This document shows positions 1 through 11,029 of a stretch of DNA of 64,000 nt, one piece after another. The DNA comes from Paraphysomonas bandaiensis. Its lineage: Eukaryota; Protista; Chrysophyceae. Every line of letters starts with the position of its first letter. Within the stretch, counting starts at the first letter, position 1. Where the stretch lies: positions 124,001 through 188,000 of the forward strand of contig CBFFRP010000185.1 of NCBI GenBank assembly GCA_965644295.1, written 5' to 3'. Made by a program: the position numbers and the translations under genes. The notes under the pieces are model-generated. The model was not told the origin of the DNA, searched no databases, and worked only from the letters and a program-made list of their open reading frames with translations.

Positions 1-756
1 GTAATATTATAATAGCTGCGAGCTGATAACTAACAACTATATAATATATAGAACATACAACACACTTATCTAGTTTAGATAATTATGTTGTCCGTAGTTG
101 AAAACAGTAATACATGAAATAAGTAAAATGAGACAATATAAACTATGTTATTAGTGAAAATATATAGGATCATGTTTATTATCTAAGATCTAATAGTATT
201 GGTTGGTACGGTTATCCCCACTTTTTCTCCAAATAAGTGTTTTCTACCAATTGGGTTCAACAGACATTTAACTTCAATATTCGGTTTCAATAGAAGCTAT
301 GATTCTAACTATCATGATATTGAAAAAGTGACTACTTAATTATATATTACACAATAGTAGGAAATCAGAATAATGGCTTAACTTTCGAAAGCAGACCATT
401 AAACACTTCTTCAAGTTGTAATATATTTCGATAAAGTACTACCACTGCACAATTGCATTCTTTTTAATCACTCCTTGACAATATATAACATCAAATTATT
501 TATATGAACGTATGAAACAGGCTAAGGTTATTAAACTCATTCATAATACCGTGGTGTGTACAGTATGTGACACAAGTGCAGTTGGACTGATGCATTGCAG
601 AATAGTTTACAGTTCTATTTCTCACAATACTCGTAAGTACTATTGATCGATAATCTATATGTCATCCATTGCTCACATATCTGTTAAATAATGTGCCGTG
701 GAAGTTGAAGGTGAATGAAAATGTACAGAGTTTAAAGGCACTGTAGAGTGCTGGGA

Positions 757-2226
757 CTACGAAAATCGATTGGCTATCTGGCAAACATAGCCGCTTGACA
801 TTCGCGCAGAAGCATCTTGAATCTCGCGATCACATTTTATGTGTCGATCCCTCTCAGAATAGCTTTCTTGCATGAGTTCCATGGTGTCTATTCCATCTTC
901 TGGGTCAACCCCGAAGCCCTCAACTTCGCATTGGTCCTCCCTCCACCGAAGCACAGCTCCAGCTGGCGCTCTCCCATCATTTGCCCTGGGGTCAGGTACC
1001 TCACGTCTCTTTTCCAGCTCCTCCCGTGCCGCTTTATGTAGTAATGAAGTATTGAAGAAAGCCCACTGACATGAAACATCGACGTAAGCAAGCTCCGGAC
1101 ACCCACCTTGGGCTAGTAGGAATGCAAAGGCGGCCACATGCTCATCTTCCATACCTGTACAATCTCGCAGTGTTAGCGTTCTTAATCCCGGCCACCGAGA
1201 TGGAATGTCAGTTAAAAACATCCCATGCAGGCTTTCATTGTCTGAGAAATCTGTCTCTTCTACTCGAGGTAAATGCAGCACAGCCTGTACACCATCCTCA
1301 TCTATCGTGTAGTGACGTAGACGAACACATTTCAGCAGCGGGCAACCCTCGGCCAAACTCAATCCCACCTCAGGTTGTAGCAAAGGATGATCAAACATAC
1401 CCTCTCCATTAGAAGATGTGACATTCATGTAGCTGAAGCTAATTTTCTCGAGGAGTGGACAAGAGGTTGCTACAGATCCAACTAGTATATTTACATCTAT
1501 ATTTTGTGAAACGGTTACTGTACGGAGCTGTGGGGATTGAAGCAGCACGCCCCGTAGAAAGCATGCAGACACACATCCTATTTGTTCTAGTTTCAAGGAT
1601 TGCAATTTAGACAGGTATGGCTGCAGAGCCTCCACGTCCTGACATCTAGAGCAAGAACCGTTTTGAGAATTGGACCCTAAAGCACATATCTGGGTGGACG
1701 CATCGTTCAGTCTGTTACTCTGTCCACTATCCCGTGAAGCGGTGCAAATAGCACAAATTTCTCCCACTATGCAATTACACATATGATCTACATCACGGTC
1801 AGTCTCAGTGTACCCCGAAATTGACATGTTCATTAAAGGTTGAACACCAGGAGCCGTTCTTTTAATCAAATTGAAGATAGCTTGCACGTTGATATCATTT
1901 GCGTAATCAAGTGACAAGTTCGTCCAGAGTACACTGTTAGTGCTTATACGTTTGTGCTCCCTGCAGGTCTCTCCGAAGTTCTCTATATCTCTCGGCTGCA
2001 GATATGTCAATATATGGGCCATGACGCTACTGCACACTCGACTAATCGGAGACATCGGCTGCATTCCATGCATGTCACGACAACATACACGCTTTTTTGA
2101 TGGGTAATCGTCCGTAACGGGGGATGTATATGGTGTGAATGGAGGAGATGCATCGAGAGGATGACTCCTCTTCAGTCTTCCAGTTACGACCGCTCGTTCG
2201 CTTCTTATCATGACTCGTTTGTTCAT
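757..2226 (-). CDS. F-box / leucine-rich-repeat (FBXL-like) protein
   Basis: F-box-like segment VMAHILTYLQPRDIENFGETCREHKRISTNSVLWTNL is followed by cysteine-containing LRR-like units (CPLLEKISFS, CPLLKCVRLR, WPGLRTLTLRDC, CPELAYVDVS). The first ATG is at 2226; the ORF track starts at a GTG. Confidence 0.75.
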   Translation of the reverse strand: MNKRVMIRSERAVVTGRLKRSHPLDASPPFTPYTSPVTDDYPSKKRVCCRDMHGMQPMSPISRVCSSVMAHILTYLQPRDIENFGETCREHKRISTNSVLWTNLSLDYANDINVQAIFNLIKRTAPGVQPLMNMSISGYTETDRDVDHMCNCIVGEICAICTASRDSGQSNRLNDASTQICALGSNSQNGSCSRCQDVEALQPYLSKLQSLKLEQIGCVSACFLRGVLLQSPQLRTVTVSQNIDVNILVGSVATSCPLLEKISFSYMNVTSSNGEGMFDHPLLQPEVGLSLAEGCPLLKCVRLRHYTIDEDGVQAVLHLPRVEETDFSDNESLHGMFLTDIPSRWPGLRTLTLRDCTGMEDEHVAAFAFLLAQGGCPELAYVDVSCQWAFFNTSLLHKAAREELEKRREVPDPRANDGRAPAGAVLRWREDQCEVEGFGVDPEDGIDTMELMQESYSERDRHIKCDREIQDASARMSSGYVCQIANRFS

Positions 2227-2258
2227 TAATATCGTTTTCCTTAAGTTCAGCACATGTG

Positions 2259-2467
2259 TGATTGGTTCGACTTATGCATGGCTGCACTATGACACTCTTA
2301 GCTTGAAACCACTCTTCTATTGATACAGCGCTGTGTCAGTTCTTTGATTCCGTATGATTCATATCACACTAACTTACGACAGAACGGAAGAACAAAGAGC
2401 CCTCCCGTGCAAGCTGAAGACAATTCTTAGCCAAGTAAACCACTTATCAATCATATGATTGGTTCGA
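2259..2467. promoter_or_regulatory. Two identical TGATTGGTTCGA (CCAAT-box-containing) motifs in a divergent intergenic region
   Basis: Exact 12-mer at 2259-2270 and 2456-2467, between the divergently transcribed F-box and C1/C2/WW genes. Confidence 0.35.
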
Positions 2468-2926
2468 TTAAACAGAACTCATTCGTTGTTTTCTTAGTCT
2501 AACGTGTGTACGGTCAGTCCGGATAAGATCTTCTAAAATCTTCAGAATGAGATGAGTGGTGTATAGAGTATTCCTACAGGCCTGCTGCTCCTGCTGTCAT
2601 GTGAACAACTCAATCCTGTAATTCTGACGGGGGGAGGCACCCGTAATCCAGTTCCAAGCAGAGAGCGAGCAGTGCTACGATCTTGTGATGGTCGTACTAG
2701 TAACGTGGAGATGTTGACGGGGTTTGACATACATGGACATAGCAGTATAATCTACTGGACCTCGCTGTACGATATATATCTCGCTGCCGGAGACGATGAA
2801 CAGCTAGTGGTAGCTATGTGTAGACTACCTCTCTTTGACTGAAGATAACCGTATCGTGTCGCGTATTATCACATCTGTCAGTTCATGTGTGGGGGATATA
2901 TTCAGAAGCAGTGAGACCTCATCATC

Positions 2927-4216
2927 ATGTCTGTAGATAATAGCACAGAGCAGATAGCGTCATTAGAGGAGATTTCACCCTCTGAAAATAATATTCACGA
3001 ATGGCGACCGGCATTTATGCCCAAACCAACCTGGTGTTTTATATGCAAGGGGTTCATATATGGTGTGACTAAAGGGTCCCAGAAGGCCTACAAATGTGAA
3101 AAATGCGGGATTAATGTACACAAGAGGTGTTGCGATAAAGAGCATGTTTGTTCCGGTGAACTTCAGGATATACCAAGTCCTCGCGGACTTAAAAGTGGGA
3201 CATCTGGCGATTATTCAAATCCTCCCAACCATGACGGACATGAGTGGCAATCAATTTTCCTACCGAAACCCACCTGGTGTGGAAACTGTTCGTCGTTTAT
3301 ATACGGCATCACAAGCGAACAACAGAATGCATTTAAGTGTACGAAATGCGGCATCTGTAGCCATCGTAAATGCTGCTTGATTCCTGGTGATTTCCCTTGC
3401 ACTGGCGATGAAAACTCAAACCCCACCTCTAAATCTACACATGATAGAAATAATGAAATTGCACCAGATTCCGACTTCGACCGCCGCATTACCGCCGTCG
3501 TCAAAGGTGCACGAAAACTAAAAATTACCCAAACAATCGGTGATCAGGACCCTTATGTTCGATTATGGACGAGTAGCGATAGGGGAAACAAGAAGAGAAC
3601 GAAAACCTACGTTGACGGTCACTCGATGGCCGTTTGGAACGAGACGATTGAGCTTCGTACAGTGTCTACCGTTGTCAGTTTCATATGTGTTGAAGTGAAG
3701 AATGAGAATTCGTTGCAAAAAGATGTTGTGATTGGTCGGATGAAGGTTCCCTGTGATGAGGTGACAGACGTCCCGCAGGAAGGGTGGTACGTTCTCAAGG
3801 ACCAAGACGGCGAGTTTGCTGGTGAAGTACACTTATCGTTGGTCTATAATACCGACCATGATACAGGCGAAGACTTAGAACCATCTGTATCACCCAGCAC
3901 GCCGAGTCTGAAAGCAGCTGTGGCTTCGATGTCGAGGGCTGATGCAAGAATCCCCAAAATGGCACATGTTGCTACCGCAGCAATAGGTGTCCAGAGTGCG
4001 AGGGATATATTCAATCTTAATGGCAAGTTGCCGAATGCAAAAGATGCCTCAGTGGGCCTCCCTACGCCACCTCAATCTTCGAATCTTCAATGTGGTTCGT
4101 CGGTCGAAAGTGGACCTCCTCTGCCTCCAGGGTGGGAGCAACGATATACCAAGTCGGGAAAAGCGTACTATGTCAACCACATTGATAATGTTACTTCATG
4201 GAATAGACCTGCGTAG
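2927..4216 (+). CDS. C1-C1-C2-WW domain signalling protein
   Basis: Two PKC-type C1 zinc fingers (HEW...PTWCxxC..FIYG....AYKCxKCG...HKRC), a C2 domain (QDPYVRLW...AVWNETIEL...EGWYVL) and a C-terminal WW domain (LPPGWEQRYTKSGKAYYVNHIDNVTSWNRP). Single exon. Confidence 0.9.
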   Translation: MSVDNSTEQIASLEEISPSENNIHEWRPAFMPKPTWCFICKGFIYGVTKGSQKAYKCEKCGINVHKRCCDKEHVCSGELQDIPSPRGLKSGTSGDYSNPPNHDGHEWQSIFLPKPTWCGNCSSFIYGITSEQQNAFKCTKCGICSHRKCCLIPGDFPCTGDENSNPTSKSTHDRNNEIAPDSDFDRRITAVVKGARKLKITQTIGDQDPYVRLWTSSDRGNKKRTKTYVDGHSMAVWNETIELRTVSTVVSFICVEVKNENSLQKDVVIGRMKVPCDEVTDVPQEGWYVLKDQDGEFAGEVHLSLVYNTDHDTGEDLEPSVSPSTPSLKAAVASMSRADARIPKMAHVATAAIGVQSARDIFNLNGKLPNAKDASVGLPTPPQSSNLQCGSSVESGPPLPPGWEQRYTKSGKAYYVNHIDNVTSWNRPA

Positions 4217-4892
4217 CTCTCTAGGTTCGCGTTCTAGACAGCCAATTACAGGAATTATGGTGAGATCGAATACATGTAGCTTTATATGTAGAGTTATAGT
4301 GCCCACTATTTGCTGCTCTTTCATTGTTATCTCGAGTGTAAACCTAAATATATACGTATTTTTTTAAGATAGATCATCGCCATACATGTAATTCATACTG
4401 CACTTCCGTTTTCCGAAAGAATTAGAAGATATTGTGTACTAGTATACAACCTTAGCCTTTGACTAGGTTTTTACACCAATGTTGGTGTGACTAGAAAATT
4501 ATCCAAGTTGACTAGGTCCAATAATAGATTCCGTTGTAATAGGCTGTCTAGATTCGTGTGACAATTCAAAGTATGAGAAGCGAATGACGCCTACTAGACG
4601 CCTTGAAATGTTAATGTGGTTGGATAAATCGATATCTTTGGGATGAGGTTGTGTGAATGTCTGATTATTTAGCAATAGGCGTTGAGACCTTGCAGCAATT
4701 AGTGGCTAGAAGAATGCTAGTCATACTAGTTAGACCACTACCCGTAACTAATCAATACAAACTCTTTTATCCTACTATTTAACGCTACGAAAGCTGCTTG
4801 TGCGTCGCCGCAAGCACCAAGGTGCAACCACTTCCGTTCTTTTTGTGTGATATGAAATTCGCCTTTATCGTGTGTCCGTGGACTCACCGGCA

Positions 4893-5947
4893 CTATTGAT
4901 CTGGGGGTCTCCCTTTGGGATGGGTCTCCAGTGGTGTTGGAGGGGGCTCAGCGTTCTGGATTAGGGTCCTGAGTGCACCTAGTTCCAGATGTGTGGGTTG
5001 AGAGTGGTGGGGATTGTTGGGAGGAGGAGTTGGGTTTGTAGTCTGTGTTACTGTGCTCCTGTGGGGCCGCGGGTGTAGATAGAGTTGTCGAAGCCGTCGG
5101 CGTTGTGGAGGTCTGGGCAGTCCAGTGCTATGTCGGGTAGGACCTGTGAGGTGTGCACGTGTGTCTGGAGTCGGGGACGCTGTGGGGGGTCTTCGTTGGA
5201 CCCCTAGTAGTCGAAGGACTCTCGGACGTTGTCTTGACTGACTGCGTTTCGGACGGGGTCTCGGGAGTAGCCTGGGCGGCCTTTTGGACATGGTGATATA
5301 GCGACAACCGCGATCCTGTAGCATAAGCTTCGCTGCAGTGTAAAGCGGTTGCAGGAGATTAATAACCGCTGTTTCTAGGTTCCGTAGACTGTGTGCCGTC
5401 AGGTGGTTGTGTATGGCATCTTCGAAGACCGTTTCCAGTTGGGCTGCTGTGATGGTTCCAGTCCAGTATCTCTCGACCTGTGGGATGGAGGGATTCCAGG
5501 CTCTGCTGGAGAGTCTCCGTAGTGCAGATGTGATCCAGTTGGGTAAGGTCTGAGTTCTCTGTATTTCGTGGAGCACATTTTTATGCGATTGAAATGCAGT
5601 TTCCCTTATTTGGGTGATGGATTCATGTGTGCAGTCGAGGCACATATGTTTTAGGGAATCTAGTCGAAACCCGCAGTCAGAGCATGCGGCTTTGGTCAGG
5701 TCAAGCCCCTGTTTGGTTTTGGCCCGGTTCCTCCCTATGCAGAAAGATTTGTCCCATGTCAGTGCCGTGTTGAGTATTCTTTGGCGTAGATTTGAGCTGA
5801 GTTTGTCTTTGGATGCACTGCCATCCGCTTGAGCTAGTTTGCGCGGGAGGTGTACTCCGCTATTGGTCCAGTAGCCAGGCGCTCGATCAGGATTGTGTCC
5901 GTAGCGTTGATCTCTGGTTGAAGTGTAGTTCTCAAGTGTCCTTAGGT
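4893..5947 (-). pseudogene. LINE A ORF: C-terminal part with CCHC finger and basic Pro/Arg-rich tail
   Basis: CSDCGFRLDSLKHMCLDC (C-x2-C-x8-H-x4-C); ends PKGRPPDQ*. It is contiguous with the RNase H region in copy 2. Confidence 0.88.
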
Positions 5948-7056
5948 TGTAAACAACTCAGGTCTTGCAACCTAAGATCACTGAAAAGATATGTGAAATG
6001 GTTGTTTATCGAAACAACAAAACAGAATGCTTATTTAACTTATCACAGCCAGCAATACAAGCTCCCAAGTATCTCGCAACCTTAAGCTCCCAAAAGGTAG
6101 ATCAATTAACTTAGCTATGATTAGTTAGATAAAAAAGAAGTGAGAAGACAGGTTCCTAGTCTAAGACCCCCATAGTACACATGTCAAGCAAACAACCAGC
6201 ACCGTTCAATAAATATGACCATACATGCAGTACACTGAATACAGTTCATGTCCCATGTCCATTGTACCCAAAATGCGAACTGAAATAAGCCTAGAAAACG
6301 TCCTCACAGAAAACCGCCAGTTTACTGGTCCCGAAAAAACCAAAATCCCCGATTTCGGGACCGAAAACCCCAAAACCACCGGTTTTGGAATCTTACAGTA
6401 AAATCTCCGATTTCTGAGCTACAAAGACCCCAAAACAACCAATTCCCGAGTCTTGCAAGAAATCACCAATTATAGAGTCCCAAAAAAACAGAAAACACTA
6501 GTTTTCGAGTCACTAAAAATTCGCCAGCTCATTTCATGATAAACTCAATCTCATTCCAAACGTTAAATGCATTAACACATATCGATTTCGATTAACATTC
6601 CCAACGAAAGTTACACCTTCATATCTGTATCATATATCACCCATACCGTCCTCTCGCCATATGCCTAAGGCCCCTTTCCAATTTGTGCACCTTCCGGAGA
6701 AAATTGATGGAGTGTGATAACAGCAAATAGTCGTATAGCTGAGTCCAACGAGCTACTTAAATCGCTATAACACCGACACCGACTACCATATGAATATAGG
6801 TGTATACCAGTGAGTAGAAATCCATTGCTCAAAACCGAAATTGTGTGCTCGAGGGCAAGTCCTAGTACTCTTCTTCCTCACAGTCCTCTCATAATATAAT
6901 AATAAACATTTACTACATTCGTTTCCTATATTAAACCAGCTACATGCCTTAAATGAATATCATAGTTGTATTGGAGTTATATTAGTCAGTGTCATTATCA
7001 TAATATTATATCATTAAACATGAGACAAGGGTGTTATAAAAGCCCACGGCTTTACA
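5948..7056 (-). repeat. 3' LTR (1109 bp)
   Basis: Direct repeat of 12551-13658; by eye it differs only by two small indels. Confidence 0.96.
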
Positions 7057-7074
7057 TTACCCTTTCTCCCCCCT
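7057..7074 (-). other. Polypurine tract
   Basis: Minus strand AGGGGGGAGAAAGGGTAA immediately before the 3' LTR. Confidence 0.9.
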
Positions 7075-7087
7075 CCGGATGCTGTAG

Positions 7088-10000
7088 CTACTCCTGAATA
7101 ATTTTGGGATAAGCCGCAGCCAGCGACGCATCAACCAAAATCATGCGAGTAGGGTCAAAATCCTTCTGGGATCCCCAACAGTAAACCAAATAGTTGTCGA
7201 ACGCATAGTTGGCACCGTTAAGGTTAAATTGAGCGCTAATCTTACGTCTAGAATTCTTATGATACCAATGGGTATACGTAAATTCCATGACATACGAAGC
7301 TGTTGCAAAATCTGGTAAACCCAGACTCTCGTACCACAGGTCACCGTAGAACCTGAGATCAACATAAACAACATCTCCAACCGATACTGTTGTGATGTTC
7401 TCCTTCCTCATTGAAGAGATAAAACGCTTCGCCGTAAACGAGTCATACGCAAGATGCCGCAAGTAAGGCCTAGACTCGCAGAAATCATAATATGCTTCAC
7501 ACTGAATATCCGGTGTCCATGGGATGTTCAGGATATCGCCGTCTGCATACTTCACCTTGAAAACCATCGTAGATTTGGTGCGTGAATCACCCGTATATGA
7601 AAGAATCTCCTCCACCTTAAATTGCTCATGGTCCCGCATCGCCGCTTCCATAGCGGATTCCTTATCTCCGAAAAATGGCTCAAGATCAGAGACAGAGTAT
7701 TCCCGAATTCCCCCGGTAAGAAGATTTCGAATTTGAACATCATTCTTGTATTGCCGTACCACTTCGAAAGGACCCTTCATCCTCGAGGATAATTTCGGAT
7801 GTGGTTTAGCACCAGCGTCGAACATAACAAAATCGCCTGGACAATACTGGTTTTGTTTGGCAGGATCCAAACCCGCTTCCGCTCGTTTCTCGACTAGAGA
7901 CTTCTGGTAGTCTGCTGATATCTGACGAACAAGAGCTAAGTAATCGTTCAGCCTTTTCAACAGCTGATGAGACGGATCATTGTCTCTCCCTTGGGCAGCC
8001 AAAAGATTCTTATAGATAGAATCCTGGGACCCAAACGTCAGTTCGAATGCAGAATACCCCGTCTCACTACTCTCGTGGGTATTCAGAATGAACATGATAG
8101 TAGCAAGTAACAGTTCGTCCTCTAAAACAGCATCAGCTTCGATTCTCTTATCAAAACAAATAGCCCGGATGTGACGAACCACTTCCTTAATAATACGCTC
8201 ACATCCGTTGACGTGCCTGTTGGCAATACTAAAAACATGACGAAGTCCTGACAACTTAACCAGTTCTGCGAAAAGTTCTGATTTGAGATCCGGACCCATA
8301 TCTGATATAATCATATCCGTGAGCCCATATGTACACCAGCACTTCCACACTGCTGTAGCCAAATTGATAGCTGTCATTCCTTTCACCGCATATAGGTACA
8401 CCAATTTCGTAAACAAATTAACCATGACCACAATATGCGTGTAACCAGATTTAGAAACAGGTGTAATAGCAACCGCGTCAATTCCCAGTGCACTCCTTGA
8501 ATGAGGCGGTTTTAAATGTCTAGTGATAGGAATCAATCGCTGCTTCAGCTCTCTCCTATTCTTCTGACAGTTGATACATTCGTCCACGAAGTCTGCAACC
8601 ACCTTGAAAGGCACGCCGTGTCCCGGAAATTGCCTACACAGACGTTTCCACGTCTCTTTCGCACCCCAGTGTCCTGCTTGCGCGTTGTGAACCTCTTTGA
8701 TAGCCTGGTAATAATCTATCCTCTGTACCTCCGTAGGCGGCGCGATCTCTTGAACGTCGTCCTCAAAATCGTCTTTTTCAAAGATGTTATGCAGTGTCAC
8801 GAAGTTCACTTCATCTGAGTCGAAATCGTCACTTTCGTCCACAAATCCGGACAAATACAGCAATCTTGACAAGCAATCCGCAACCACATTGTTCTTCCCT
8901 GGGATATGACGAATCAAAAAGTCAAAATCCTGCAAATAAATTCTCCATCGAATTATCTTCGCAACTTCTGATGCCTCCATCCACACAAGGTTGTTGTGGT
9001 CCGTCTCGATTGTAAATTTCTTTCCTCTCAGATAAAACGAAAATTTCTTGACTGAATAGAATATACCAAAACCCTCCTTCTCAATAGTACACCACTTCAA
9101 GGCTTGCTCTGACAATTTCTTGGAACAGATAGCAATAGTTTGCTGTTGAATCGGACTAGACCCAGTTCCCTCAACAGTCTGGAAAAGAATGCCTGCCACT
9201 CCATAGTCACTGGCATCTGTCCTAAGTGTCCACTCAAGATCATAATTCGGATAAAACAAAGCACAAGACTGTTGCAAACCACTCTTATATTTTTCAAACT
9301 CTTGCCTATAATCATGCTGCCATGTCGTTTCTTCCCAATTAAAACTACTCTTAGTCATATCCGTAAGATGTTTAACCAAATCTGAGTAATTCTGAACAAA
9401 TGGAGCAAAGAATACTCCCATACCCAACAAAGATCTAATCTTCTTACATCTATTTCCATTCTCTGGAAAAGGAATATTCAATAAAGCCTCTTTCCTATCG
9501 TCCGTGAGCTCGAAACTATTGTGCCTTACCAAATAGCCAAAAAACTTGATCTCCCTAAATCCTAACCAGGTCTTTGCAAATTTCAACACAACTCCATGTT
9601 CAATGCATCTATCCAGGAAAATCTCCAGCTTCTTATACGCATCATCAAAATCATGTGCCAATAACAGAACATTATCAAATATACACAGCGCCCATTCCAG
9701 ATCTCCAAACAATTTGACTACCGCTTCTTGCAACACACTAATCCCTGGAGACACTCCCTCCGGAAGGAATAAAGGCTGAAATTGGCCCCACGGTGTTTGA
9801 ACTGACAATTTTTCAGATGTGTTCTCATGCAACCTGATCTGATGGAACGCATTCGTGAGGTCAATGTCCATAAATATCTTATAGCCAATAATACGATCCA
9901 ACTCATGTCTTACATTAGGAACTGTATAGTGTGGACTTGGAATGTACTTGTTGATTTGCACGTAATCCCCACAAATCCTAATAAAAGGTTTCGTGGCTTT

Positions 10001-11029
10001 TGGCGCGATCACCAAACAAGAAGCCCATGGCGACCTACTAGGAACATAGATGTAACCACACAGTCTCCTGAACTCCTTCTCCGCATCCTCATATAATCTA
10101 GGATTTACGGGTCTTGCCTTCGGCTTGATCCTAGGAGGCAAATTCTCAGCGAACTTGATGTTCAACGGATCCACTCCTTTTATACCTTCCCACCGCTCTG
10201 GAACAAATACCTCTACTCCCTTAGTCCTCAATAACTCCAGCACCGGTCGCGCTGCTGAGAACTCTGGGGACACGTGCTCACCAAACATATCCTCGAACTC
10301 GCTCAAAGCTTCCTCTCTAGTCTTTCCAAGAAAACTTGAGGCAAATCCGAACTGCGAAGGATCCGGAACATCCAATTCTTCAGGTGCTACCTCCCTACTA
10401 CTGTCACACCACGGCTGCAATAATTCTTCAACCGCATTCAACAACAAATCATCCTCGGTAACATCGTCCTCACGCCTTTTAATAAAACTTACTTCTGATT
10501 CAATTCGTTCAATAGTCCTTCCTTTAAGCATAAATAGAAAATAATCCCATAGATCCTTAACGATAGCCGGAAGTCCAATGATAATATCGTTGCTACCCAT
10601 ATCAGCAACAATGAAATCCCCTTCATATAACACGAACTCTCCCTTGGAGTCTTCTCTTTCAAACCTCAATTTTAATTTCACTACAAAACTACACTTCATT
10701 CTCGACGTTTTATCGGCAAATCCTATAACTGTTTCTTTTTTTATGACTTTGTTTTCACACACATGATTTCCAAACGTCTCAAACAAATCCTTGGAGATGA
10801 AGTTAGATGTTAGGGCTCCAGTGTCGAACAATATTCCACGCACAGATATTATATAGTTATCATCACATACAATGCTTCCCCCAGAATGAGCCAATGTCAA
10901 GTCTTTTCGTTCTCGCGTATTACAGACATTCATCAAATTTCTGAGGAAAACTCGACTAACAGTCTCAGGATCATTCAAACCGTACAATATTTCTTCGTGA
11001 TCCTGTGAACCATTAGCCTCGCACATTTG
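7088..11029 (-). CDS. pol: Pol polyprotein (protease, RT, RNase H, integrase, chromodomain)
   Basis: Protease ILFDTGA. RT DIDLTNAFHQ, FLPEG and IFDN. RNase H RTDASD, IEKE, TDH and ADCLSR. Integrase H-H-CINC, GID, ISDMG and GCER. Chromodomain FKVEEIL...FKVKYADG. 1312 aa with no stops. Confidence 0.95.
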   Translation of the reverse strand, partial: QMCEANGSQDHEEILYGLNDPETVSRVFLRNLMNVCNTRERKDLTLAHSGGSIVCDDNYIISVRGILFDTGALTSNFISKDLFETFGNHVCENKVIKKETVIGFADKTSRMKCSFVVKLKLRFEREDSKGEFVLYEGDFIVADMGSNDIIIGLPAIVKDLWDYFLFMLKGRTIERIESEVSFIKRREDDVTEDDLLLNAVEELLQPWCDSSREVAPEELDVPDPSQFGFASSFLGKTREEALSEFEDMFGEHVSPEFSAARPVLELLRTKGVEVFVPERWEGIKGVDPLNIKFAENLPPRIKPKARPVNPRLYEDAEKEFRRLCGYIYVPSRSPWASCLVIAPKATKPFIRICGDYVQINKYIPSPHYTVPNVRHELDRIIGYKIFMDIDLTNAFHQIRLHENTSEKLSVQTPWGQFQPLFLPEGVSPGISVLQEAVVKLFGDLEWALCIFDNVLLLAHDFDDAYKKLEIFLDRCIEHGVVLKFAKTWLGFREIKFFGYLVRHNSFELTDDRKEALLNIPFPENGNRCKKIRSLLGMGVFFAPFVQNYSDLVKHLTDMTKSSFNWEETTWQHDYRQEFEKYKSGLQQSCALFYPNYDLEWTLRTDASDYGVAGILFQTVEGTGSSPIQQQTIAICSKKLSEQALKWCTIEKEGFGIFYSVKKFSFYLRGKKFTIETDHNNLVWMEASEVAKIIRWRIYLQDFDFLIRHIPGKNNVVADCLSRLLYLSGFVDESDDFDSDEVNFVTLHNIFEKDDFEDDVQEIAPPTEVQRIDYYQAIKEVHNAQAGHWGAKETWKRLCRQFPGHGVPFKVVADFVDECINCQKNRRELKQRLIPITRHLKPPHSRSALGIDAVAITPVSKSGYTHIVVMVNLFTKLVYLYAVKGMTAINLATAVWKCWCTYGLTDMIISDMGPDLKSELFAELVKLSGLRHVFSIANRHVNGCERIIKEVVRHIRAICFDKRIEADAVLEDELLLATIMFILNTHESSETGYSAFELTFGSQDSIYKNLLAAQGRDNDPSHQLLKRLNDYLALVRQISADYQKSLVEKRAEAGLDPAKQNQYCPGDFVMFDAGAKPHPKLSSRMKGPFEVVRQYKNDVQIRNLLTGGIREYSVSDLEPFFGDKESAMEAAMRDHEQFKVEEILSYTGDSRTKSTMVFKVKYADGDILNIPWTPDIQCEAYYDFCESRPYLRHLAYDSFTAKRFISSMRKENITTVSVGDVVYVDLRFYGDLWYESLGLPDFATASYVMEFTYTHWYHKNSRRKISAQFNLNGANYAFDNYLVYCWGSQKDFDPTRMILVDASLAAAYPKIIQE

